From Campylobacterota bacterium (GTDB lineage Bacteria; Campylobacterota; Campylobacteria; Campylobacterales; Sulfurovaceae), in NCBI GenBank assembly GCA_034722955.1, contig JAYEOM010000014.1:8806-24461 (forward strand): 15,656 nt of DNA, given 5' to 3'. Both the position numbers and the translations under genes were made by a program. Positions 6,666 to 14,691 of this stretch are shown in pieces. Positions within the stretch are counted from its first letter, which is position 1. Each line of letters opens with the position of its first letter. The notes beneath the pieces were generated by a model. The model did no database searches. It saw only the letters and a program-made list of their open reading frames with translations, and had not been told where the DNA came from.

Positions 6666-8246
6666 TTAGAGTAAAATATCATCTTCCCACTCTTTAGGGT
6701 TGACTCGTTTATTTTTCTGATACTCATCAACATGCTTTTGCATCTTGTTGATGAGTCGAACTTGTTCTGCATCATTGGCAAGCAGAAGAAAGTCTAGATA
6801 TTCAGCAAAACCTTGTCTGACGGCTTCTGGAGAAAAATCACTGATTTTTCGAATAGAGTCAGTATAGTTAGTAAATGTCTGTTTTATATTGGATCTTCTC
6901 TCTTCTTTACGCTTCTCATATCTCTCAACTTTTGGCATATCATTTTGTGATTTTGCAATACTGATGAGCAGATCGCTTCTCGTGACCAATAGCTTAGTCT
7001 CCCGTATAACAGCTCGTGCTTGTTCACCTGCATTCTTAATATTAAGATATGCGTTGTCCTTCTCAAATTTGAGACGAATAGTTGCCATATTTCGGATAGA
7101 ACTATCAAGGTATCCTAGAGTATTTTTGATTTCGCTGTCCTCAAAACCTCTCTGATTCAATCTTTTTTTGAGTCTATCCAGATATGAAAAGGCATCTTCT
7201 CCTCCTGCTGCCACTTGAGTGCTTATAGTACTTGTTGAGAGGGCTGCGGGTGTATTTGCACCAAGCATAGTGCGATACCCTTCCCACTCATTTGACATCT
7301 CCTTTTGTACCTTTCGGCTAGGAAATACCAAGGCAGAAATTATCAGACGAAATCCTAATGTTTTTTTTGTATGAGGCTTAAATACTCCCTTGCTATCAAA
7401 CCTATAGAAAGGCTGCTCTGTACGAAAAGATGAGCGCAATTTATTTTTTGCTGTTGTATAGTTATTGCCTTTGACGACAAATCCACCTGTCCGCCCCTGA
7501 TAATACTCCACTCTAAAAAGTGACATCGTTATCTCATCCGCATTTCCTAGCATGTCATGGAGTCCTAGAGGGTTCGGCTTGAGAACGCCAATAGGCTGTA
7601 GCTTGTAGTAAGAAGAGGTAGGTCCGCCATACCACTCATATTTTTGAATTGTATTGCTAGAGTATGGAGTTTTTTGATCAAAAACATCCTCACTTACAGC
7701 AGAACCGCCTCTAGCAGCAAATTCCCATTCAGCCTCCGTAGGAAGACGCACAAAACCATAAGAGTTATCAAATTTTGGAATCTCCTCTTTTGCATTAGCA
7801 TAGAGCCATTGATTATACCTATTGCTAAACTCCATAGCATCAAACCATGAAATATTAGTCACAGGATAGACCCTCTTCTTTTTGGGAAAAGGTTTCTCTG
7901 CTCTCATCAAAGAGGCATATTGCTTTTCAGTAATCTCATACTTTCCCATATAATAACACCACATTTTTTTACCATTTTTTTCTATAGGGAAAGAGCCGCC
8001 AAGAGCCATCGAAGTAGGATACTCCTTGAATCCGCCAGAGGGGTCGCCTAATTTAATTTTTTTCCAATCATACAAGCCACTGTTTTGATTGACACAAACT
8101 GGCATAAATTCCATAGTGATACCATTTGGCATGGGAAGGAGAAGTGAGTTATCTTTTTTATCTCCTACTGCTTCTGCAACACTTGAGCAGACTACAAAAA
8201 GGAGTATAAACCTTAGTACAACTGATAATCTATCTATTTTTATCAA
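6666..8246 (-). CDS. Exported FGE-sulfatase (SUMF1)-domain protein, TagR-like, with a helical C-terminal domain
   Basis: Signal peptide ending AEA; motifs MGKYEIT..QY, PVTNISWFDA, RLPTEAEWEFAARGG, PNPLGLHDMLGN, LGFRL; lacks the catalytic FGE cysteines. GFVRLPTE.EWEFAARGGSAVS, GGFVVKG.NY and C-terminal HV.EY...R..P match my recollection of Pseudomonas TagR. AGGAG RBS before the TTG start. Confidence 0.88.
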   Translation of the reverse strand: MIKIDRLSVVLRFILLFVVCSSVAEAVGDKKDNSLLLPMPNGITMEFMPVCVNQNSGLYDWKKIKLGDPSGGFKEYPTSMALGGSFPIEKNGKKMWCYYMGKYEITEKQYASLMRAEKPFPKKKRVYPVTNISWFDAMEFSNRYNQWLYANAKEEIPKFDNSYGFVRLPTEAEWEFAARGGSAVSEDVFDQKTPYSSNTIQKYEWYGGPTSSYYKLQPIGVLKPNPLGLHDMLGNADEITMSLFRVEYYQGRTGGFVVKGNNYTTAKNKLRSSFRTEQPFYRFDSKGVFKPHTKKTLGFRLIISALVFPSRKVQKEMSNEWEGYRTMLGANTPAALSTSTISTQVAAGGEDAFSYLDRLKKRLNQRGFEDSEIKNTLGYLDSSIRNMATIRLKFEKDNAYLNIKNAGEQARAVIRETKLLVTRSDLLISIAKSQNDMPKVERYEKRKEERRSNIKQTFTNYTDSIRKISDFSPEAVRQGFAEYLDFLLLANDAEQVRLINKMQKHVDEYQKNKRVNPKEWEDDILL

Positions 8247-8307
8247 AAACTCTCCTCTCTATTTCCAAATTGTTAGAATACAAAAAACTTCTGCAATACC
8301 CTATCTA

Positions 8308-8316
8308 TGGTATAAT
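8308..8316 (+). promoter_or_regulatory. Extended -10 promoter (TGnTATAAT), rightward
   Basis: TGGTATAAT, matching the Campylobacterota housekeeping-sigma consensus. Confidence 0.6.
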
Positions 8317-8337
8317 TCTCTACTAAAAATAGAGAAT

Positions 8338-8346
8338 ATTATATCA
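8338..8346 (-). promoter_or_regulatory. Extended -10 promoter (TGnTATAAT), leftward, for the five-gene cluster
   Basis: TGATATAAT on the minus strand, about 90 nt upstream of the 8246 start. Confidence 0.65.
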
Positions 8347-8427
8347 AGTTTATATAAAATACGAAATAAATTTTGCCAGGAGTTGTTGCTTGAAAATGTG
8401 TTTAGGGCACCCTTAAAGTTACTTCGA

Positions 8428-8433
8428 TATAAT
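8428..8433 (+). promoter_or_regulatory. -10 box of the probable rpmE operon promoter
   Basis: Perfect TATAAT about 150 nt upstream of the rpmE ATG, immediately before a structured region. Confidence 0.55.
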
Positions 8434-8439
8434 ACCGAT

Positions 8440-8581
8440 CTAAATTTTCATGAATTTTATGAAAAGTTGTCTCGGCAAAGACCGTTGCAACAACCCCTGT
8501 CTGATGATAGAGGAAGGGTACATTGATTGTGCCGGAGTGGGTTGGTTGCCCATCGATGAAATTATTTTAAAGGTTTATGTG
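8440..8581 (+). ncRNA. Candidate structured 5' leader of rpmE (putative L31 leader)
   Basis: Hand-folded: hairpin 8445-8465, then a three-way junction with P1 8487-8496/8539-8549, P2 8497-8501/8506-8510 and P3 8517-8522/8528-8533. Confidence 0.45.
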
Positions 8582-8782
8582 ATGAGAAAAGATATCCATC
8601 CAAATTATGTTGAGTGCCAAGTAACTTGTGCATGTGGAAATGAGTTTAAGATCAAGTCTGACAAAGATACTATGTCCATAGATATTTGTAATGAGTGTCA
8701 CCCATTCTTTACTGGCTCTGAGAAGATAGTTGATGCTGCCGGGCGTGTTGAGAAGTTTAAAAGCAAATATAAACTCTCCTAA
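8582..8782 (+). CDS. rpmE: 50S ribosomal protein L31 (Zn-binding C+ type)
   Basis: [42 protein letters not shown] at 8570-8573. Confidence 0.98.
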   Translation: MRKDIHPNYVECQVTCACGNEFKIKSDKDTMSIDICNECHPFFTGSEKIVDAAGRVEKFKSKYKLS

Positions 8783-8855
8783 TCTACAGGGGAGACAGAG
8801 GCTTAATTGTGCTTTGCAAGATTTAACCAATCTCCCCAAAATACTCTAAACAATC

Positions 8856-9674
8856 ATGCTTACATTTATCCCCACCCCTATAGGCAACATCCAAGATATT
8901 ACACTTCGTGCTATGCATATGTTCGAAAGAGCTGATCTCTTTCTATGTGAAGATACCAGAGAGACAAAACGGCTTTTGAAGTTTTTGAGTGAAAGATTTG
9001 ACTTCACACTCCCGTCTCAAGCTATATATATCTCCTTTAATGAACATAATGGTCGATCAAGACTCATAGAGTGGGGCGATAAGCTCAGTGAACAAGAGGT
9101 TGTTTTTGTGAGTGATGCAGGTATGCCTGTGATCTCTGATCCGGGGCAGATTTTGGTAGAGTATTGCCAGAAGAACTCTATCTCTTATGATGTACTGCCA
9201 GGATCTTCGGCTGTAGTGACTGCTTATGCTGCTAGCGGTTTTGAGGAGGGTCAATTTCTCTTTTATGGTTTTTTGCCTCACAAGGGAAGCCAACGCAATA
9301 GAGCATTGAATGAAGTGCTAAATACAGGCTACAACACTATACTCTATGAGTCACCGCATCGCTTGATGAGACTCCTAGAAGAGGTCTCTATGGCTGATCC
9401 CGATAGGAGACTTTTTTTAGGAAAAGAGTTGACAAAAAAATTTCAAACCTATTATCTTGAGTCAGCAAAAGAGATGGTGGATCTTTTCAGGGAAGAGCAT
9501 ATTCGCGGGGAGTGGGTCGTCATCATAGCAGCACAAAAAGATGAGAGAGAAGCACTCTACTTAGAGGATATACTCTCACTAGATCTCGCACCAAAGCCCA
9601 AGGCTAAACTCCTTGCCAAACTTACAGGTGATAGTGTCAAGAGCTGGTATGAGAAGTTGATAGCATCACATTAG
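8856..9674 (+). CDS. rsmI: 16S rRNA (cytidine1402-2'-O)-methyltransferase
   Basis: PTPIGNIQDITLRA, CEDTRET, VSDAGMPVISDPG, YESPHRL, KELTKKFQ, RGEWVVI. Confidence 0.96.
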   Translation: MLTFIPTPIGNIQDITLRAMHMFERADLFLCEDTRETKRLLKFLSERFDFTLPSQAIYISFNEHNGRSRLIEWGDKLSEQEVVFVSDAGMPVISDPGQILVEYCQKNSISYDVLPGSSAVVTAYAASGFEEGQFLFYGFLPHKGSQRNRALNEVLNTGYNTILYESPHRLMRLLEEVSMADPDRRLFLGKELTKKFQTYYLESAKEMVDLFREEHIRGEWVVIIAAQKDEREALYLEDILSLDLAPKPKAKLLAKLTGDSVKSWYEKLIASH

Positions 9675-9704
9675 TTCAATATGGATTTTGAAGCAAAAGT
9701 TAGA

Positions 9705-9710
9705 TAAAAT
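9705..9710 (+). promoter_or_regulatory. Possible -10 box for a leaderless rlmB transcript
   Basis: TAAAAT, then 7 nt, then ATG at 9718; no Shine-Dalgarno sequence. Confidence 0.5.
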
Positions 9711-9717
9711 CTTTTTT

Positions 9718-10404
9718 ATGATTATTTATGGAAAACAGGTATGCTTATACACGCTTAAGCACCACCCAACACGCGTCAAAACTGTCTATCTCGCAAAAAA
9801 AGGATTGCTCTCCGGATCACTCTTTGATCAGTATAGACCTATGATCAAGTTTTTAGAAAACAAGTGGGCTCAATCGATGAGCAAGGGTGGCAATCATCAG
9901 GGTATCCTGCTGGAGATCAGTGATTTTGAATTGACCGATTTTGCACATATCAAAAAGAGTGATTTTATAGTTATACTCGATGGATTGACAGATACGGGAA
10001 ATATCGGTGCTATCGTCAGAAGTGCCTATGCATTAGGTGCAGATGCTGTGATAGCGACAGGAGTAAAGCAGTTAAACTTTTCGGCTATCACTCGCACTAG
10101 CTCAGGAGCACTGCTAGATATGCCTTTTATGATCTCTAGTAACATATTGGATATTTTCAATGAATTGCATCAGGTGGGATTTGTCTCTTATGGTGCCTCG
10201 ATGGATGGTAAAGCGATTGAGTCTATGACCTTCTCTCCCCAAAGGGTTTTAGTACTAGGGAGTGAGGGGGCAGGCTTGTCCAAAAAAGCAAAATCAAAAG
10301 TCAAAGAGATGGTATCGATCAAAATGAAGCATAGTTTTGACTCTCTCAATGTCTCAGCGGCAGCAGCTATTATAATACACAGGATGGGATATGCAGTTAA
10401 ATGA
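9718..10404 (+). CDS. rlmB: 23S rRNA (guanosine2251-2'-O)-methyltransferase, SpoU/TrmH family
   Basis: MIIYGKQ, NHQGI, LDGLTDTGNIGAIVRSA, LVLGSEGAGL, DSLNVSAAAAII. Confidence 0.92.
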   Translation: MIIYGKQVCLYTLKHHPTRVKTVYLAKKGLLSGSLFDQYRPMIKFLENKWAQSMSKGGNHQGILLEISDFELTDFAHIKKSDFIVILDGLTDTGNIGAIVRSAYALGADAVIATGVKQLNFSAITRTSSGALLDMPFMISSNILDIFNELHQVGFVSYGASMDGKAIESMTFSPQRVLVLGSEGAGLSKKAKSKVKEMVSIKMKHSFDSLNVSAAAAIIIHRMGYAVK

Positions 10405-11638
10405 ACTGATGGAAGAACAGACGGCAGATAGTATCGCAAAAAAAACACTTCTCTCAAAAAATGTTGTAGAGAGTCTTTTTAATAAAAAATTTGAATCATT
10501 GACACAATCACGAGCCCTTGGTGCTATCACGATCATAGAGCGAGAGTATGGTGTTGATTTGGATACATTGCGTCAAGAGGTCAAAGAGTATTTTGCTGAT
10601 CAATCATCAAATCAGAGTGGACTTATGGTGGGGGAACCCATAGTAAAAGAGAGCCGTCTCTTCTCTAAGCTTCTTACACTCATACTTATTGCTCTGCTTC
10701 TTTATGGCGCATGGTATTTTTTTGCCGGATACTATAAACAAAAAGTAGACCCTATGAATAGTGCAACAGAAAAATCTCTGATCACCATTATTTTGGAGGT
10801 AAAGGATACTATATTTGTAGCCAAAGAGGAGGAGGTCACAGAGAGTGACCTACCACTAAAAGAGGAGGAGAGTATAGAGCCAACTGATCACAGTGATACT
10901 TCAGATACAGTAGTTGACAGCTCTACGGATACCCCAGAGGAGAGCAGTAGAGTATCATCTCAAGACCCAGAGAGTACTACAGATAAAAATATCTCTACTG
11001 TAGTAAGAGAAAAAATAACTCTTATACCACACAATACCATGTGGTTTAAAGTGACCAATCTTGATACAAATGAGCAGATAGAGTTGAAGCGTCAAGAGAA
11101 GTATGATATTGACTTGAGTGAAAATAGCTGGCTTTTTGCCACAGAAGATGCTCTTTTTGCTTTTATAGATAATGATCAATTTGAAGAGTTTGGCAGTGAA
11201 GGAAAACTCTTCTTCAAGCTTGACCAGAGTGGTATCCATCCTCTCAGTGCCCAAGAGTATAGTATAGCCTCTGGCGAAGAGATCGCCATAGAGAAGAGTA
11301 CTCTTCAAGAGGAGAACCTATCAACAGTAGCAGAATCTAACCTATTTGAGACAGTAGGCGAGGAGCCAAAGATCATTACACTGATGCCAGGTGAAGATAT
11401 GTGGTTTAGGATGATTAACCTGACAACAAAAAAGAGACAAGCATTTAAGCAAAAGTCAAATTATAATATAGATGTGAGTTCTGATGAGTGGCTTTTTGCT
11501 GCACAAAATGTTAACTTTTCTTTTCGAGACGATAACAATACAGCTGCTTATGGCGGACGAGGGAAACTTTTTTATAAAATAGATCAGAGTGGCATCCACA
11601 AGCTAGGCGAAGATGAGTACAGAAGATTATCAAGATAA
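10391..11638 (+). CDS. RodZ-like bitopic membrane protein with a duplicated periplasmic C-terminal domain
   Basis: N-terminal HTH-like region (IAKKTLLSKNVVESLFNKKF...IIEREYGVDL), one TM helix (LLTLILIALLLYGAWYFF), acidic Ser/Thr linker, two ~85 aa beta-rich repeats. Its position between rlmB and the aminotransferase is as in Campylobacter. Confidence 0.7.
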   Translation: MQLNELMEEQTADSIAKKTLLSKNVVESLFNKKFESLTQSRALGAITIIEREYGVDLDTLRQEVKEYFADQSSNQSGLMVGEPIVKESRLFSKLLTLILIALLLYGAWYFFAGYYKQKVDPMNSATEKSLITIILEVKDTIFVAKEEEVTESDLPLKEEESIEPTDHSDTSDTVVDSSTDTPEESSRVSSQDPESTTDKNISTVVREKITLIPHNTMWFKVTNLDTNEQIELKRQEKYDIDLSENSWLFATEDALFAFIDNDQFEEFGSEGKLFFKLDQSGIHPLSAQEYSIASGEEIAIEKSTLQEENLSTVAESNLFETVGEEPKIITLMPGEDMWFRMINLTTKKRQAFKQKSNYNIDVSSDEWLFAAQNVNFSFRDDNNTAAYGGRGKLFYKIDQSGIHKLGEDEYRRLSR

Positions 11639-11670
11639 TTAAACAAGTTCTAGATAAAGGAAAAAGTAGT

Positions 11671-12909
11671 ATGTTTGAAGAGATTCAATTTGAAAAAATA
11701 AACAGATTACCGAAATATATTTTTGCAGAGATCAATGATCTAAAGATGGAAGCGAGACGAGCAGGTGAAGATATTATAGATTTCTCTATGGGAAATCCAG
11801 ATGCTTCTACACCACAGCCTATAGTAGACAAACTCTGCGAAACAGCACTAAAGCCCAAAACACATGGATATAGTGCCAGCAAAGGGATATATAAATTGCG
11901 TCTAGCCATGGCAAACTGGTATAAGCGAAAATATGGTGTAGATCTAGATCCAAACAGAGAGATCGTAGCTACTATGGGAAGCAAAGAGGGGTATGTTCAT
12001 CTAGTACAAGCGATCTCCAATCCAGGTGATGTAGCCATCGTACCCGATCCAACCTATCCTATCCACTCTCAGGCTTTTATACTAGCAGGTGCAAATGTCG
12101 AAAAGATGGAACTCGTATTTAATGAAGAGACTTTTGAAGTAGATGAAGATAGATTTTTGGATGATCTGGAGCAGGCACTTGACAACTCACTTCCAAAAGC
12201 GAAATTTTTGGTAGTCAATTTCCCTCATAATCCCAGTACTGCGACAGTAACACCGGAGTTTTATGAACGACTTGTTGCATTGGCTATAGAGAAAAGATTT
12301 TATATCATTTCAGATATTGCTTATGCAGATATCACTTTTGATGGCTACTCTACCCCATCGATACTATCTGTGGAGGGAGCCAAAGATGTCGCTGTAGAGT
12401 CATACACACTCTCAAAAAGCTACAATATGGCAGGATGGAGAGTAGGATTTATCGTAGGGAACCAGAAGCTCATAGGAGCACTGCAGAGTATTAAGTCTTG
12501 GTTAGATTATGGTATGTTTACACCTATCCAAGTCGCTGCAACAGTTGCACTTGATGAGCATGGCTATATACCTGATGAGCAGATAATACCTCTCTATCAA
12601 AAAAGGAGAGATGTCATGATAGAAGCCTTTGGCAATGCAGGGTGGCCTCTAGCCAAACCAAATGCCAGTATGTTTATCTGGGCAAAGATACCTGAGATAG
12701 CTATAGAGATGGGTTCACTGGAGTTCTCAAAACAGCTGCTAGTCAAAGCCGGTGTAGCAGTGAGTCCCGGGATAGGATTTGGAAAATATGGTGATCAGTA
12801 TGTACGGATCGCTTTGATCGAAAATGAAAAACGGATCCGTCAAGCAGCGAGAAATATCAAAAAATTCCTCAAAGAGTTAAAAATAGAACAAAATAGAGAG
12901 ATGTCATGA
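11671..12909 (+). CDS. PLP-dependent class I/II aminotransferase (AlaC-like; usually annotated LL-diaminopimelate or aspartate aminotransferase)
   Basis: DFSMGNPD, GSKEG, PDPTYPIH, NFPHNPS, DIAY, PLP-lysine motif SKSYNMAGWRVG; AAGGA RBS. Confidence 0.93.
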   Translation: MFEEIQFEKINRLPKYIFAEINDLKMEARRAGEDIIDFSMGNPDASTPQPIVDKLCETALKPKTHGYSASKGIYKLRLAMANWYKRKYGVDLDPNREIVATMGSKEGYVHLVQAISNPGDVAIVPDPTYPIHSQAFILAGANVEKMELVFNEETFEVDEDRFLDDLEQALDNSLPKAKFLVVNFPHNPSTATVTPEFYERLVALAIEKRFYIISDIAYADITFDGYSTPSILSVEGAKDVAVESYTLSKSYNMAGWRVGFIVGNQKLIGALQSIKSWLDYGMFTPIQVAATVALDEHGYIPDEQIIPLYQKRRDVMIEAFGNAGWPLAKPNASMFIWAKIPEIAIEMGSLEFSKQLLVKAGVAVSPGIGFGKYGDQYVRIALIENEKRIRQAARNIKKFLKELKIEQNREMS

Positions 12910-14168
12910 TCAATATAGGTATACTAGGTGTTGGAACAGTGGGTGCAAGTGTTGCAAAAATACTCGAAGAGAATAGTGATATCATCGAGGCTAGAGCTGG
13001 AGAGAAGATCGTTGCAAAAGCAGGAGTTGTAAAAAATCTCTCTAAGGATCGTGATCTCTCTATAGCTCTGAGTGATGATCCTCTCTCTATTATCAATGAT
13101 CGGGATATAGATATCGTTGTAGAGTTGATGGGTGGAGTAGAGAAGCCATATGAGTTGGTCAAAAAAGCTCTAGAGAATGGAAAACCTGTAGTGACTGCCA
13201 ATAAGGCACTATTGGCATATCATCGTTATGAGCTGCAAGCATTGGCTGGGAGTATCCCTTTCATGTACGAAGCTAGTACCGCTGGAGGTATTCCTATCAT
13301 CGGTGCATTGAGAAATGGTCTCTCTGCAAACCATATAGAGTCGATCAAGGGAATCATGAATGGCACTTGCAACTATATGTTAACCAAGATGATCAACGAA
13401 GGAGCCCAATATGATGAGATACTCAAAGAGGCTCAAGAGCTAGGATATGCAGAGGCAGATCCTACCTTTGATGTTGGTGGTTTTGATGCTTCACATAAGC
13501 TGCTCATCTTGGCAAGTATCGCCTATGGCATCGATGCTAAACCTGAAGATATACTCATAGAGGGCATAGAGAATATCACACAAACAGATGTCGCTTTCGC
13601 CAAAGAGTTTGGATACGAGATCAAACTACTAGGCATCGCCAAAAAAGTGGGGGATGGAGTTGAGCTGCGCGTACATGCAACTATGATACCTCAAGAGTCC
13701 ATGATAGCCAAAGTAGATGGTGTGATGAACGCTGTGACTGTAGTGGGTGATCGTGTAGGTGAGACGATGTATTATGGTCCAGGAGCAGGAGGTGATGCTA
13801 CCGCCTCAGCAGTTATAGCAGATATAGTAGATATAGTTCGTGGAAACCATGGACCTATGTTAGGCTACAAAAAAGGTTTGGAGAGTGGTCTGAAACTCCT
13901 CCCTAGAGATGAGATAGTAACACAATATTACCTCAGACTCGAAGTAGATGATGAGAGTGGTGTTTTGGCGACTATCACCTCTGCACTGGGTGAATTTGAT
14001 ATCTCCATAGAGTCAATGCTGCAAAAACCGACAAAAAATGAAGCGATCGCAAAACTGCTCTTCACAACGCATCATTGTGCAGAGAACAAGATGAAGGATG
14101 CCATAAAGGCACTCTCTTCGCTAGATGTAGTCCATAGTGACATTGCAATGATGCGTATAGAGAAGTAA
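12906..14168 (+). CDS. hom: Homoserine dehydrogenase with C-terminal ACT domain
   Basis: GILGVGTVG Rossmann motif, VVTANKA, EASTAGGIPII, NGTCNYML, GYAEADPTFDVGGFDASHK, GPGAGGDATASAV. Confidence 0.97.
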   Translation: MINIGILGVGTVGASVAKILEENSDIIEARAGEKIVAKAGVVKNLSKDRDLSIALSDDPLSIINDRDIDIVVELMGGVEKPYELVKKALENGKPVVTANKALLAYHRYELQALAGSIPFMYEASTAGGIPIIGALRNGLSANHIESIKGIMNGTCNYMLTKMINEGAQYDEILKEAQELGYAEADPTFDVGGFDASHKLLILASIAYGIDAKPEDILIEGIENITQTDVAFAKEFGYEIKLLGIAKKVGDGVELRVHATMIPQESMIAKVDGVMNAVTVVGDRVGETMYYGPGAGGDATASAVIADIVDIVRGNHGPMLGYKKGLESGLKLLPRDEIVTQYYLRLEVDDESGVLATITSALGEFDISIESMLQKPTKNEAIAKLLFTTHHCAENKMKDAIKALSSLDVVHSDIAMMRIEK

Positions 14169-14179
14169 AGGATTAGCAG

Positions 14180-14677
14180 ATGGCAAAAGATCACTATTTT
14201 GATATTACTGCAAAGCTGGATATGATGGAGTTGAAAAATGCACTTATCATGGCAGAGAAAGAGGTATCTAACCGTTTTGACTTTAAGGGTTTAGTAGCAG
14301 AGTTCGATCTCAATGAAAATGCAAAAACAGTGAGTCTAAGCTCTTCGAGTGATAGCAAAATAGATGCACTCAAAGATATACTGATCTCTAAACTGGTCAA
14401 AAGAGGTATAGCAGGAAAAGCTCTCGAAGAGGTTAAAACCGAAGGCATCAGCGGAGGAAACACCAAAGTGATCTACCGTATTGTTGACACTATAGACAAA
14501 GATGAAGCCAAACAGATAGTCAAAGCGATCAAGAGTATGAAGGTCAAGGTCACACCCTCTATCCAAGGCGATGAGGTGCGTGTCTCAGGCAAGAAGATAG
14601 ATGATCTTCAAGCAGTGATGGCAGAAGTAAAAACACTTGATCTGAAGGCACCATTGGTTTTTGGCAATTTCAAGTAG
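14180..14677 (+). CDS. yajQ: YajQ family nucleotide/c-di-GMP-binding protein
   Basis: FDITAKLD..E..NA...KEV.NRFDFKG, KVTPSIQGDEVRVSGKKIDDLQAVMA, terminal FGNFK. Confidence 0.95.
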   Translation: MAKDHYFDITAKLDMMELKNALIMAEKEVSNRFDFKGLVAEFDLNENAKTVSLSSSSDSKIDALKDILISKLVKRGIAGKALEEVKTEGISGGNTKVIYRIVDTIDKDEAKQIVKAIKSMKVKVTPSIQGDEVRVSGKKIDDLQAVMAEVKTLDLKAPLVFGNFK

Positions 14678-14691
14678 CAGGTTGACCTAGC

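Noticed and set aside
6666..8246. Active formylglycine-generating enzyme
   Set aside because: The catalytic cysteines are absent near the C-terminal GFR motif and no sulfatase gene is adjacent.
8501..8561. CTGATGA...GAAA resembling a hammerhead ribozyme core
   Set aside because: The bases after CTGATGA and before GAAA cannot close stem II, and no stem I/III pairing with a cleavage triplet is visible.
8450..8581. 44 aa N-terminal extension of L31 in the ORF track
   Set aside because: L31 begins at MRKDIHP (8582) with its own RBS; the upstream part is better explained as leader RNA.
9688..9717. TTG start for rlmB at 9688
   Set aside because: The family-like N-terminus begins at MIIYGK (9718), and the extra segment holds a promoter-like box.
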